A program made the position numbers and the translations under genes. Source: a virus (taxonomy: Duplodnaviria; Caudoviricetes). Taken from it: 28,893 nucleotides of DNA. The stretch covers positions 1 through 28,893 of the IMG/VR virus record IMGVR_UViG_3300044267_005153; one strand, given 5' to 3'. Shown here in pieces: positions 15,673 to 24,474 of this stretch. A model generated the notes under the pieces. It did not search any database. It was not told where the DNA came from and saw only the letters and a program-made list of their open reading frames with translations. Position 1 is the stretch's first letter. Every line of letters starts with the position of its first letter.

Positions 15673-15701
15673 AAGATACAAAAGACTCTTATTTAAGTCA
15701 A
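15673..15701 (-). promoter_or_regulatory. sigma70-type promoter
   Basis: TTGACT (15696..15701)-17 nt-TATCTT (15673..15678), pointing toward the ThyA-like/helicase block. Confidence 0.7.
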
Positions 15702-15710
15702 GTGCATTTT

Positions 15711-15756
15711 TGCGAATCCCCAGAAGAGTCTGTTTTTGCTCATTCCGGGGTTCGCA
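15711..15756. terminator. hairpin at the end of the morphogenesis operon
   Basis: TGCGAA(T)CCCC...GGGGTTCGCA imperfect inverted repeat immediately after the 15757 stop. The T-rich tail lies on the plus side, so orientation is ambiguous. Confidence 0.55.
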
Positions 15757-16167
15757 TTATTTTGTAAAGCCAGTTGGGTTTATTTGCAGAATCAAATTCG
15801 AACCATTGCCGTAGCCGATCCACGTCAGATGTTCCGAAGACGCGAGGTCAGAATACGTCTCTATGGCCCCGTCTGTGCCCCCGATACAGTAGTACGTACC
15901 CTTGACCGCAGTGACCCCTAAATCGATCTCATCGCCGTTTGTGGTGGCCACAATCGCACGTTCGTTCGCTGCGTCAGCAATGCAGAGGCATATCCCTATG
16001 GTCTTCCCTGTGAGGTCTCCATCGGATGCAGCACTAGCCTTGTAAAATTTATTATCGCTGTCGAGAAAAACCACCGACCCCTGCGATAAAGCTTCTCCAG
16101 ATGTACCATTCGTTATGCTAGAGCTAGATTTTGATGTAACATTAGCTGCAGTAATACTAAGCGCCAT
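15757..16167 (-). CDS. putative virion decoration/cement-type protein
   Basis: SGEALSQGSVVFL..FYKA.A..IGI..G..Y pattern of small beta-rich decoration proteins; AAGGAG SD. Confidence 0.6.
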   Translation of the reverse strand: MALSITAANVTSKSSSSITNGTSGEALSQGSVVFLDSDNKFYKASAASDGDLTGKTIGICLCIADAANERAIVATTNGDEIDLGVTAVKGTYYCIGGTDGAIETYSDLASSEHLTWIGYGNGSNLILQINPTGFTK

Positions 16168-16191
16168 TTAGGTCTCCTTTATTAGTCTTTC

Positions 16192-18261
16192 TTATTTTAT
16201 ATCGTTGGATGATCGAAGCTTGAGAACGAACGGATTTGTGATAACTTCTCCGTTTTTATCATGCGTGAAAGTTATCGTTGATTCCTGCAGGCCGCCAGAT
16301 CCAGCAGCCGTTGTGCAATCGATTGTTGATTCCCACATTCTAACATAATCTGTAGAATCGGAGTTGCCTGTCAGGGTCAGTGTTAGTCTAACCGTGTCTC
16401 CGAACTCTGGGACGTATGGGTCTGGACTCATTATACTCGCAGTCGTATCACTGCCCGGATTCGTTAGATTTAGCTGGCTCACCGCACTGCCAAGCGTCAT
16501 GTAGGCATTGTGAACTGTGCTGCCAGAGTTTGTGTCACTCTCCATTGAATCAGATACATCGTGAGAGAGGTTGACTACTGGAGTTCCTCCTCTGAGAACC
16601 TGCAGGACGACCTTGCATGTATATGCAGTGTTTCCATTGTAGTTTTTGAAAATTATGTTATTCGACCCAGACATAGCAAACTTGTTAGTCGTTCCATTGT
16701 AGCTCATTGAGAAACTATCTGAAGGATTTATAACGTCTGGAGAGTCCCCTGTTAGCGTGAGTTGTGATGGGCTGATTGATGCGCTTGAGGCTGGTGAGCA
16801 AACGTTAGATGCCCCGCCGGGTAAAAGGGCGCCTTGAAAATTGAAGCTGTTGACTTCGTAGGCCGTGAATTCCTCAGAAGTTTTATCAACTCCTGTGACG
16901 ATTTTTCCGGTGAACTCCACATTGCTCACTGTTGCGGTAACAGAACCAAGATTGTCAAATGTGACCTTGTAGTCGTCGTTGACCCTCGCGTCAAACTCAA
17001 GCATCCTTCCAGTTTTAATGGTAGTGTCCCCCTCGATTGGGTCTGCGGAAAAGTAGGCAGTGCTGGAGTTGAATCGATACGCCTTAAAACTTCGGCATAT
17101 AAGTGCTGCAATATCATCATTACCGTCAATGTCTGAAACCTTGAGCTTGTTAATCCATCCAATCGTAGAAAATGCGTCAACAGTTCCATCGACTTTGTCT
17201 CGGCCTACCAAACGATCAATCCACCAATAGTCAACCGGGCTTACCAGAAATCTATCATTATCTGTCTCTGATCCATCCCACAGAATCCTTGCATCAGGTG
17301 TTGTGTAGGCAGTAGCTCCTACAGTGTATCTGAAGCACCTGTATATTGGAAATTTGTTGTTTATGGTCGTTGACCTCCCGGTTGTGAGGCAGGTGAATGT
17401 GAATTCGCTGCCGATGACATAGTCACCTCTATCATTTTTTGCAATGGAAGTCTGCCTGTGGTCTACCTGTATTGCTACACCTCCATTTACATACTGCCGA
17501 TAGCTGAGACCTAAATCAAACAATATTGGCGGTCCAAGGCCGGGATTTGGGAGTCTCATTTGAACTCTTGCGTCACCAAAGATAACGCTTGGGTTTAGCG
17601 GGTCTGCGTCTTGCAGGGTGCTAAAATCAGCACTAATCGAGGCAGGTCCGAAAAACGGAACATCGATAGATGCTAGACCTCGCCTAGCACCCCCACCTAT
17701 GCCCCTGCGGGCTGCATCAAACCCCCAGTGGGTGGGGCTATCATAGTCATCGCCAGCATGATCTGCGCCGAGTCCGTATGTGTACCTTTTGCTGTAGCTG
17801 CTGTCTAGAATTGCTGCCCAAGGCACATACAAATGACCTTGCACGCCATGGGACTGGGGGTTAGTCCCCCCTTCTCCAGTTGTGCGTCCAAATGATATGT
17901 ATTTGTAGATCCTCCCTTCATCAACCAGTATCCCCGGATTTTTGCCAAGATCCGGGTATTGCAGTTTGTCCTTGGGGAGAGAGTCCTCGAATAAAACCCA
18001 AGGATTGTTTTCAGGATTGCCCGTGTTTGCGAATCCTCCGTGAAAAACCTCGGGTATTACAAGATGCGAGTGTGTGTGCAGTGGCCTCAGCCCGCAGTCA
18101 GAGCTTGAAGAACGATCTGCTGCACCAGTCGTTATTATGGAGTAGTGGGTGTCGTCTGTTATCAGGCCTGTTCCGGGGAGCTGGGATTCCCAGTTATGGG
18201 TCATGAAACATGGAACGCAAGTCCTATCTGGATCTTTAGTGTTCTTGCAGCATTGCGACAT
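16192..18261 (-). CDS. large tail-associated protein (tail fibre/receptor-binding candidate)
   Basis: 689 aa, beta-rich S/T/G composition, Cys-rich N-terminus (CCK..CVPC), located after the tape measure. Confidence 0.65.
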   Translation of the reverse strand: MSQCCKNTKDPDRTCVPCFMTHNWESQLPGTGLITDDTHYSIITTGAADRSSSSDCGLRPLHTHSHLVIPEVFHGGFANTGNPENNPWVLFEDSLPKDKLQYPDLGKNPGILVDEGRIYKYISFGRTTGEGGTNPQSHGVQGHLYVPWAAILDSSYSKRYTYGLGADHAGDDYDSPTHWGFDAARRGIGGGARRGLASIDVPFFGPASISADFSTLQDADPLNPSVIFGDARVQMRLPNPGLGPPILFDLGLSYRQYVNGGVAIQVDHRQTSIAKNDRGDYVIGSEFTFTCLTTGRSTTINNKFPIYRCFRYTVGATAYTTPDARILWDGSETDNDRFLVSPVDYWWIDRLVGRDKVDGTVDAFSTIGWINKLKVSDIDGNDDIAALICRSFKAYRFNSSTAYFSADPIEGDTTIKTGRMLEFDARVNDDYKVTFDNLGSVTATVSNVEFTGKIVTGVDKTSEEFTAYEVNSFNFQGALLPGGASNVCSPASSASISPSQLTLTGDSPDVINPSDSFSMSYNGTTNKFAMSGSNNIIFKNYNGNTAYTCKVVLQVLRGGTPVVNLSHDVSDSMESDTNSGSTVHNAYMTLGSAVSQLNLTNPGSDTTASIMSPDPYVPEFGDTVRLTLTLTGNSDSTDYVRMWESTIDCTTAAGSGGLQESTITFTHDKNGEVITNPFVLKLRSSNDIK

Positions 18262-18264
18262 AGT

Positions 18265-18828
18265 TCACTCTTCGACTGGGCACTGCGCTGCTATGAGGTC
18301 ATAATCTCCATTTGCCCACCGATGAACATATCCGATGTTATCTGCATCTGATGACATCTTCATTAAATTATTGGCAACTATCTCTGCATTGCCTTGTTCA
18401 TCAAAATCTGATCGATCAATCCTGCAATTAACGGTTGCGTTGTCGCCAGTGAAATTCTCTGTGAACTTTACCCTCGCAGTTCCCGAGCTATCACTGCTAT
18501 CGACGACCAGAACCCCACGCTTGTCTTTTGAGGGCATTATGTACGAGCCGCCACTCACTGCTTTATCAGAAAGGTTGTAGACATCAACCTTTCCTCCCTC
18601 CACCAGAACTCCCGAATCTTTATTGACGTGATATTTGGTGCACTCAGCCTTTGAAACTGTCTGTTGATTTCTCCCCGATATCCCGCCGGAAGGAGTCTTC
18701 ACTATGGAGGGATTGTTGTTGTCTACTATCCCCTCCTTGACCGGGGGGTTTCCGTTCTTCTCGAATCCCTTTACGGCTCTTGAAATCCTTTCAACCGATT
18801 GCTTATCAAATCCATACCGATCTGGCAT
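18265..18828 (-). CDS. tail-tip module protein
   Basis: 187 aa: N-terminal helix, VKTPSGGI.GR..A.C..V.VYN, C-terminal AAQC. Assigned by position. Confidence 0.6.
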   Translation of the reverse strand: MPDRYGFDKQSVERISRAVKGFEKNGNPPVKEGIVDNNNPSIVKTPSGGISGRNQQTVSKAECTKYHVNKDSGVLVEGGKVDVYNLSDKAVSGGSYIMPSKDKRGVLVVDSSDSSGTARVKFTENFTGDNATVNCRIDRSDFDEQGNAEIVANNLMKMSSDADNIGYVHRWANGDYDLIAAQCPVEE

Positions 18829-18829
18829 T

Positions 18830-19195
18830 TTAGTTCTCGTAGAGGATGACCCTGACTTTACATGAAGCTGTGTTCGCCTTCATCTTGAGAGTCGCGCCAT
18901 CGTCAACTCTCAGGAATGCCCATTCGCCAGCATTCAACCTCCCGATTTCTTTCATTCCACTTGAATCGGGGCCCCATTGGACATAATTTGTGCTGTCTAA
19001 ATTCATCAGGAGAACTATCCCTTTTGTAGATATATCTCCGAACGAGATGGTTTCTTCGGACGTTCCAATGTCTAGAACCTTATCTTCAAACCTAGCAGTT
19101 GATTGATCGATTTGGAGTGCAGCCGGATTAAATTCGTGCTCGATGCTTCCATTGTTAAGTTCAAGCAGAAGTGTGGTGTAGATTTCGTTTGCCAT
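18830..19195 (-). CDS. virion structural protein, tail module
   Basis: 121-aa beta-sandwich-like sequence (MANEI..NLDSTNYV..L.AGE..KANTA). Assigned by position. Confidence 0.6.
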   Translation of the reverse strand: MANEIYTTLLLELNNGSIEHEFNPAALQIDQSTARFEDKVLDIGTSEETISFGDISTKGIVLLMNLDSTNYVQWGPDSSGMKEIGRLNAGEWAFLRVDDGATLKMKANTASCKVRVILYEN

Positions 19196-19203
19196 TTTCT
19201 TTC

Positions 19204-20226
19204 CTATGGGTTGATCTTTCGAGTCATCCTCTTTGCGAATGCTTTGTGATTTTTCTCTATGTAGGGGTAGTATGTATTATACACAGGCTTTGCAGACTTT
19301 TTCAGCTTCTTTGCAGCACCATCCAGAAGCTCCATCTTCCGGTTGTCATCATCATCGTAAAAGGGCTTCTTCTTCTTGTCTGTAGTCCAATTATTGACTG
19401 CCACCCGAACAGCGTGGGACATATCACCCCCCTCAAGCTCGTAAGTCCCAATATCAAGCAGTTTTAGATTCCAGTCATCCTGACTCTTGACGACTATCTG
19501 AGCTTCCAACGGGCAGTACCACTTCGTCGGGTCTGACTTCTTGGCCGTCTTATTAAAATCCTTTGGCTCGTAACGCGCGTTCTCTCCTAACCTGAACTTC
19601 AACCTTCCAAACCCCTTAGGGATTTTCACTTTTACATGCTGATGCCTAAACTCCCATTCCTCTATATTTATAGTGTTAGACCATTCGTCCAGCTCCTTCA
19701 GGATGCCGAATTCGACTGGAACATTTCTAGATATGTTAATGGTTATGTCTTGCTTGAAAATCTCGGGTGGTGTGTCGTAAGGCTGAAGTGCACTATTGAC
19801 GACCGGGTGAACGTCCAAAGTGTCTAGGTATCTGTTATAGACCTCAATATCCTTAACCGGAACAGAGAGGTCGTCATAGCTGACAGAAACGTGAACGTCC
19901 CAGTTCGGCTCATCTCTCTCCCTTCCTCCATCCTCTTCTGACTCCTGCCTATCCCTCTCCTCAGCCGCTGTGAGGACTGAAAATGTTGCGTCGACCTCCC
20001 AGCGTGTCCAGTCCTTTGGGCTTGTTTGAGATATTGATATATCGCCCGGTTTTACAAAAAGAGACCTGTACTCGGGGTGCTCTTGCCAGACTTTGGGGCA
20101 GTAGCGATTGTTGTAGACAGACAGCTCGTTGTCTCTCGTCGTGGTCGACTTGAAAACATAAGTCACCCTTGCTGATTCGCCTACAACGACCTCTCTGGAG
20201 GTGTTGCCGATATATGTTATGCTCAT
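19204..20226 (-). CDS. tail protein following the tape measure (Dit/hub position)
   Basis: 340 aa, overlaps the TMP stop; contains HP..W.V..VVNSA.QPYD.P..W..LLD.G. Confidence 0.65.
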   Translation of the reverse strand: MSITYIGNTSREVVVGESARVTYVFKSTTTRDNELSVYNNRYCPKVWQEHPEYRSLFVKPGDISISQTSPKDWTRWEVDATFSVLTAAEERDRQESEEDGGRERDEPNWDVHVSVSYDDLSVPVKDIEVYNRYLDTLDVHPVVNSALQPYDTPPEIFKQDITINISRNVPVEFGILKELDEWSNTINIEEWEFRHQHVKVKIPKGFGRLKFRLGENARYEPKDFNKTAKKSDPTKWYCPLEAQIVVKSQDDWNLKLLDIGTYELEGGDMSHAVRVAVNNWTTDKKKKPFYDDDDNRKMELLDGAAKKLKKSAKPVYNTYYPYIEKNHKAFAKRMTRKINP

Positions 20227-21548
20227 AGGATTTTAGCCACCCTTTCATGTTCGTCAGCTAGCCACTTCTCATCTCTAAATCTTTTCTTTAATTCCTTTAG
20301 CTGTGCTTCCTGTACTTTTATACTATCTTTCCTGAATTTCTTTTCTTCAGCAAGAGTATTTGCACTGCTAATATTGTTCAGCAATGATATCGTCGCAGCC
20401 TGCCCTTTTTCGTATGCACCCGGCAGCATGTCTGAGTTTGCAGCTTGCTTTTTCATCAGGGCGAGCTTCTCTTCCTCTTGCCTGATTCTCGTCTGCCACG
20501 GTCCATCCTCGCCCCACTGATCACGTTTAGCCTTTGCTTCTCGGTGGCTCGCAGCTTGACGCTCAAGTTTCTCACCTAGGAGTCTGTCTCGCTCCATCTT
20601 ATTTTTGAGCAAGTCTTGTTTGCGCTTCTCCTCCTTTTCCTTTTTCTCCCAAGGGCTCAAGGCTTTCAAATTCTTCCCCCATACGCCTTTAGGAGAAATT
20701 GTCGAAGCTTTATGCGTCAGGAATTCGTTTACGCCATCTCCGACCCAGAATCTTGTGTACCATGCACCCGCAATAGCGAGCTTCTCAACGAATCTCAATG
20801 TTTCCGTTCCATAAGCCTCCGCTGAAGTGACTTTAAGCCTTCTCCAAGCTGAATCGGTCCTTATTATTTGCTCGTTAAGCTCCCGCATTGACTCAGCTTG
20901 ACTGTCAGTAATGTTGTGCCCAGTCTTAGTCCAAGCCTCTCCATACTCCTGCACCCCTCTGGCCAACTGCACGACTTTTGGCCCCATCTCCTCAAAGATC
21001 GACATTGATATTGCCATTCTCTCGTTCGGATCTTGAACTGAGTCAATGGCCTTCATAATTTTAAGGAACTGCTCTTGAGGGTTCAAGTCAATAAAGCTCT
21101 CAGTGGACATCCCTAGCCGCGCAAAGTTCTTCTCAGCATTGCCTATTCCCAAGTTCATTTCACCGACCCGTCTTGATGCATTTCTGAGAGCAGTTTCGAG
21201 TACGCCCATCTCTACCCCTGCATTCTTAGTGACGAACTCCATCTTTTGCATGAACTGAAAATCGACCTCTAGCCCTCGGGCAGTTTTCGCAAGCTTGTCC
21301 ATCTCTTGGCCAACTGTTCGTGCGAAGTTGACAAAGGCCTTCACTGCCCTTCCAGCTACGACCGCAGCAACCGCGCCTATGGTTAATTTTAGCGTTTTCC
21401 AATGCTCAGATGACTTGCTAGTCGCCTTCTTGCTGGATTTTGCAAATTCCTCATTTTTCTTCCTTGTCTTGTCGATATTTTTAATGTAATTATCGACCAG
21501 CGCACGAACATTCACATCGAGATGCGCTACGTTCATTGTCTGACTCAT
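20223..21548 (-). CDS. tail tape measure protein (short, 441 aa)
   Basis: N-terminal VAHLDVNVRA, helical A/K/E-rich body with MD.LAK.AR.L..F..LG..L.P.EQF, located after the chaperones. Confidence 0.85.
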   Translation of the reverse strand: MSQTMNVAHLDVNVRALVDNYIKNIDKTRKKNEEFAKSSKKATSKSSEHWKTLKLTIGAVAAVVAGRAVKAFVNFARTVGQEMDKLAKTARGLEVDFQFMQKMEFVTKNAGVEMGVLETALRNASRRVGEMNLGIGNAEKNFARLGMSTESFIDLNPQEQFLKIMKAIDSVQDPNERMAISMSIFEEMGPKVVQLARGVQEYGEAWTKTGHNITDSQAESMRELNEQIIRTDSAWRRLKVTSAEAYGTETLRFVEKLAIAGAWYTRFWVGDGVNEFLTHKASTISPKGVWGKNLKALSPWEKKEKEEKRKQDLLKNKMERDRLLGEKLERQAASHREAKAKRDQWGEDGPWQTRIRQEEEKLALMKKQAANSDMLPGAYEKGQAATISLLNNISSANTLAEEKKFRKDSIKVQEAQLKELKKRFRDEKWLADEHERVAKIL

Positions 21549-21829
21549 TTTTTACTCCTCCCGAAAATCCTAGCTAAGTCCTCCGGTGAAGATGGATCTC
21601 CTCCAGTCGAAACATCAAATACTATAGTATCTTTCATTTTTGAACCACCATGAGACATCGCGGCAATTGCAGTCTGGTACACAATGGCATCAGTCCCCAC
21701 CGGCTCTAAATAAGCAAGAGCACGAAGCTCATCGTACTCATTGCACGATATACTGCTCATCCACTGCTCCCTTGTCATCCCGTTTTCAATAGCTCGGCGC
21801 CACTCCCATCGACGCCAAGCTGACTCTAC
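21545..21829 (-). CDS. tail assembly chaperone, -1 frameshift extension (lambda gpT-like)
   Basis: The -1 frame is open from the slippery site: VESAWRRWEWRRAIENG-MTREQWMSSI..LEPVG. Confidence 0.8.
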   Translation of the reverse strand, partial: VESAWRRWEWRRAIENGMTREQWMSSISCNEYDELRALAYLEPVGTDAIVYQTAIAAMSHGGSKMKDTIVFDVSTGGDPSSPEDLARIFGRSKK

Positions 21830-22170
21830 TTTTTTTCGGGGTCTTCCCCCATCAGCAGAGGGTACGCTTCATTGAACAGGCCTTCGAGATGCGAGTCGGG
21901 CATCTGTCCTATCTCATCCAGAACCTGCTCGAACTCCCTGCTTACAGGAGAAGTGAGCGAAGCCCACCTATCCCCGGATTTATCGCAGCCAAGGGAGGCG
22001 ACTACATACTGCCTGAACTCCGACTCTTTAATCTGAGCCGTTTCTCCTGCAGGTGGGTGTGCCATCCTTGAGAAGACCTCCCTCTCCATTGCACTTAACT
22101 CTCTAAAATTAACGCACTTATCAACCTTTGACTGAAAAGTGCGAAACCCAATGCTTTCAAACCGTGACAT
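21826..22170 (-). CDS. tail assembly chaperone (lambda gpG-like)
   Basis: Lies between the major tail gene and TMP, contains FRELSA.ER, and ends GAA AAA AAG TAG. Confidence 0.8.
   Translation of the reverse strand: MSRFESIGFRTFQSKVDKCVNFRELSAMEREVFSRMAHPPAGETAQIKESEFRQYVVASLGCDKSGDRWASLTSPVSREFEQVLDEIGQMPDSHLEGLFNEAYPLLMGEDPEKK
21829..21835 (-). other. -1 ribosomal frameshift heptamer A AAA AAG
   Basis: Canonical X XXY YYZ in the correct phase, directly before the TAG. Confidence 0.85.
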
Positions 22171-22192
22171 TGCGATTCCTTAAAAAGTAAAT

Positions 22193-22606
22193 TTAAGACC
22201 AAGCTGGCGCACTTGTTAGCGTCAGCGTAAACTGAACTTTGATGCTGTCAGCACCGACGACCTGCTGGCCGGACATTTCCTTGACGATGCAATTAAAAGA
22301 CATCTCATTTTTAGTCGAGAAGGGGAATACCATTCTCCCGGGAACTGCTGCCCCACCTACCAGTCCTTCAAGTATGACCTGATCTGCACCATCTGCATCC
22401 ATCAGCAGGGTGAAAGTCCATTCACCGGCACTCTCAACTGGAGAGGCGAGCATTGATTCGTATGTATCGCCAATTACTGTAAAATCCACCATCTCGTGCG
22501 ATCTGGATGGAGGCGTTGCGTCCAGCACCTGACCGATCTGAGTGTAGCTTCCGTTCGAATCATGATCGACAAAAAGCGTAACCGAGTTTCCAAAAAACGA
22601 AGCCAT
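22193..22606 (-). CDS. major tail (tube) protein
   Basis: IGQV..PP..VDFT..GE.TFT..F..V..TL.L pattern of siphovirus tube proteins; located after the tail terminator. Confidence 0.8.
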   Translation of the reverse strand: MASFFGNSVTLFVDHDSNGSYTQIGQVLDATPPSRSHEMVDFTVIGDTYESMLASPVESAGEWTFTLLMDADGADQVILEGLVGGAAVPGRMVFPFSTKNEMSFNCIVKEMSGQQVVGADSIKVQFTLTLTSAPAWS

Positions 22607-23022
22607 TAGGTTCTCCCATCAACCCCAACTTCGATTGTTATGCTAGAGATGTGGAGGTCGGGGTCATCTCCAAATCCTTGTTTGCTTACGTATGTATCGT
22701 TTTGACTTGAGGCATTCAAAAATGCTATTTTCTGGTCGCCAAAAGTTCCTGCTGTTGTTCCATCCAGCGCACTGTTGACTGCCGCCTGCAAATCCTTGGA
22801 CTGAGTAACGTCATTTGATACGCAGTCTATTTCGTATGTGTATATTGTAGGCCCAATATGAGAATGCAGGGTTGGTATGTATGACCTATCGGCCATTTGA
22901 ATCCAAATGTAGGGAAGGGATTTGTTGTCAGGAATCACATTGATATGAATGGACGTTGTGATGTCTGACACGCCACTGTCTGCCTTCAAAACCGCTATGA
23001 TGTTCTCATCAATGTCTGCCAT
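22606..23022 (-). CDS. tail terminator/completion protein
   Basis: L.AD..P...LPYI..IDC..AV..ALDG pattern; synteny. Confidence 0.75.
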   Translation of the reverse strand: MADIDENIIAVLKADSGVSDITTSIHINVIPDNKSLPYIWIQMADRSYIPTLHSHIGPTIYTYEIDCVSNDVTQSKDLQAAVNSALDGTTAGTFGDQKIAFLNASSQNDTYVSKQGFGDDPDLHISSITIEVGVDGRT

Positions 23023-23023
23023 A

Positions 23024-23494
23024 TCACTTCCTTTTGAAATTCATCAAATTTGTTTTTAGCGTGTCCCTGTATTGGCGCAGAGCCAACCTCCTCTTGGCCC
23101 TGAAGCTCCGGTACATAAACTTTCCCCCGGTCGCTTCCTTGTTCTTATCAATCCTTCCGCGATACTGATTGAGGCTGGTGTACCTTTCTATGGTTCCTTG
23201 CTCAAGCGAAGCACCATAGTAGGATTGTCTGTTGCCAGCAGTTACCGAACGCCCGAACCACTTTCGCTTATCCTTGCCTTTGTAAGCTCGTACTTTTATC
23301 GTGTCTTCGAGCAGGCCCGATTTTACAGGCGCCCTCTTCAGTGCTTCTGCCTGAATAACCTTGGCTGATGCAGCTGCTGCTCGACGAGCATACTTGCCGA
23401 TTATCTTCCTATCGCCAATTTTGCGAAGCTTCCTGTCAAGGAGTTTTATTTGTTCTTTGTAGATTAGCTCAACGAAACCAAGTCTAGCCATCAC
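23024..23494 (-). CDS. HK97 gp10-like tail component
   Basis: Basic protein with A..APVKSG.L..I..Y...LE.GT..FM. Confidence 0.8.
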   Translation of the reverse strand: MMARLGFVELIYKEQIKLLDRKLRKIGDRKIIGKYARRAAAASAKVIQAEALKRAPVKSGLLEDTIKVRAYKGKDKRKWFGRSVTAGNRQSYYGASLEQGTIERYTSLNQYRGRIDKNKEATGGKFMYRSFRAKRRLALRQYRDTLKTNLMNFKRK

Positions 23495-23836
23495 CTACAC
23501 CTCATAACTGTGCCCGCACCGCAGTTCGTAGAACTCGTTCCGGTTGTCTACGTTCCTGATGCTCATAATATACAGTTCCTTAGAATCCCAGAGCAGCCTG
23601 CAGGATGTGTTTATGGATAGCGATGAATTGTATCTGAACCTGACCACGTAAACTGTATTTGCATTTGTCTGATTGCCCGAAGAGTTTTCAGATCCAGTCT
23701 GGAACACTACGCTCGCTCTTCTAGTCCCAAGGGTCGTCCAAGATCCAGTCCTTTCCCCGCGACTCCCAACAGATGTACTTGGGGATTGCACTGTTACTTT
23801 TTCTGTGAAGTCAGTAACTTTCACACTGACCACCAA
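23495..23836 (-). CDS. head closure/head-tail adaptor (SPP1 gp16-like)
   Basis: VTVQ..GE..W..A.V..G.E..V.FRY..R..I.SI.N.D.RN..L.C. Confidence 0.85.
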   Translation of the reverse strand: MVVSVKVTDFTEKVTVQSPSTSVGSRGERTGSWTTLGTRRASVVFQTGSENSSGNQTNANTVYVVRFRYNSSLSINTSCRLLWDSKELYIMSIRNVDNRNEFYELRCGHSYEV

Positions 23837-24402
23837 TCTAGCTTCGAGTTCGTATTGGCCATGGTTTCATAGGCCTTCTCAAGACGCCTAAGCTGATTCG
23901 TGTCAAGAGAATCATACATCATCTGCGCTTTAATCTTGATGGCAAGCAGCGCTGATTCATTCCAAGAGGAGCTGCTGCTGTGACCGCATACGTAAGTTAT
24001 CTCGATTGGGTCGTGATTGCTTCTATGGTCAGGCCAGTCTTGATCGTATTTCAGCGCGACCCAGTCCGACTCCTCATTGAGCAGCTGATACTCTGAAGAT
24101 GACCAAGTCTGTTGCGTACCGTTGATATCGTAGTATTTTATGTGAGTTATGCTCTGAACTGGGTATCCGGGTAGGAATATCTTATTCTCAACTGATGTCG
24201 GAAAGTCTCTCAAAGTGAGCTTTCGAGTTTGCGTAATGAAAGCAAGTCCACACTCGATTTCAACTGCTTTCCTAGCAGCCTCGACATAAGTGCCGATAAG
24301 AGTATCATCATCGCTGAAATCAACTCGCAAGAAAGTCTTCATCTCAGCTGTCGATACTGGCTCGCTCCCCGGAGCAGAAGTTATCACGTATGGGTTTTTC
24401 AT
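23821..24402 (-). CDS. head-tail connector (HK97 gp6/SPP1 gp15-like)
   Basis: EPVS..E.K.FLRVD..DDD.LI..AAR..E..ITQT..LP..PVQSI..IKY.D..ITY..G. Confidence 0.9.
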   Translation of the reverse strand: MKNPYVITSAPGSEPVSTAEMKTFLRVDFSDDDTLIGTYVEAARKAVEIECGLAFITQTRKLTLRDFPTSVENKIFLPGYPVQSITHIKYYDINGTQQTWSSSEYQLLNEESDWVALKYDQDWPDHRSNHDPIEITYVCGHSSSSSWNESALLAIKIKAQMMYDSLDTNQLRRLEKAYETMANTNSKLDWWSV

Positions 24403-24420
24403 TTGTCCACCAGCTTAATT

Positions 24421-24455
24421 AAAAAATAGGAGCCTCCCCACGGCTGAGAGGCTCC
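24421..24455 (-). terminator. intrinsic terminator after the capsid genes
   Basis: GGAGCCTC..GAGGCTCC stem followed by TATTTTTT. Confidence 0.85.
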
Positions 24456-24474
24456 AGCGATCTAGCAGATTACG

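Noticed and set aside
15373-15681. 102-aa minus-strand ORF in the intergenic island
   Set aside because: Its TTG start lies inside the predicted promoter, it has no SD and no recognisable protein pattern. Not fully excluded.
15343-15756. CsrB/RsmZ-like sponge RNA for the phage CsrA
   Set aside because: Very few GGA motifs on either strand, whereas such sponge RNAs carry many.
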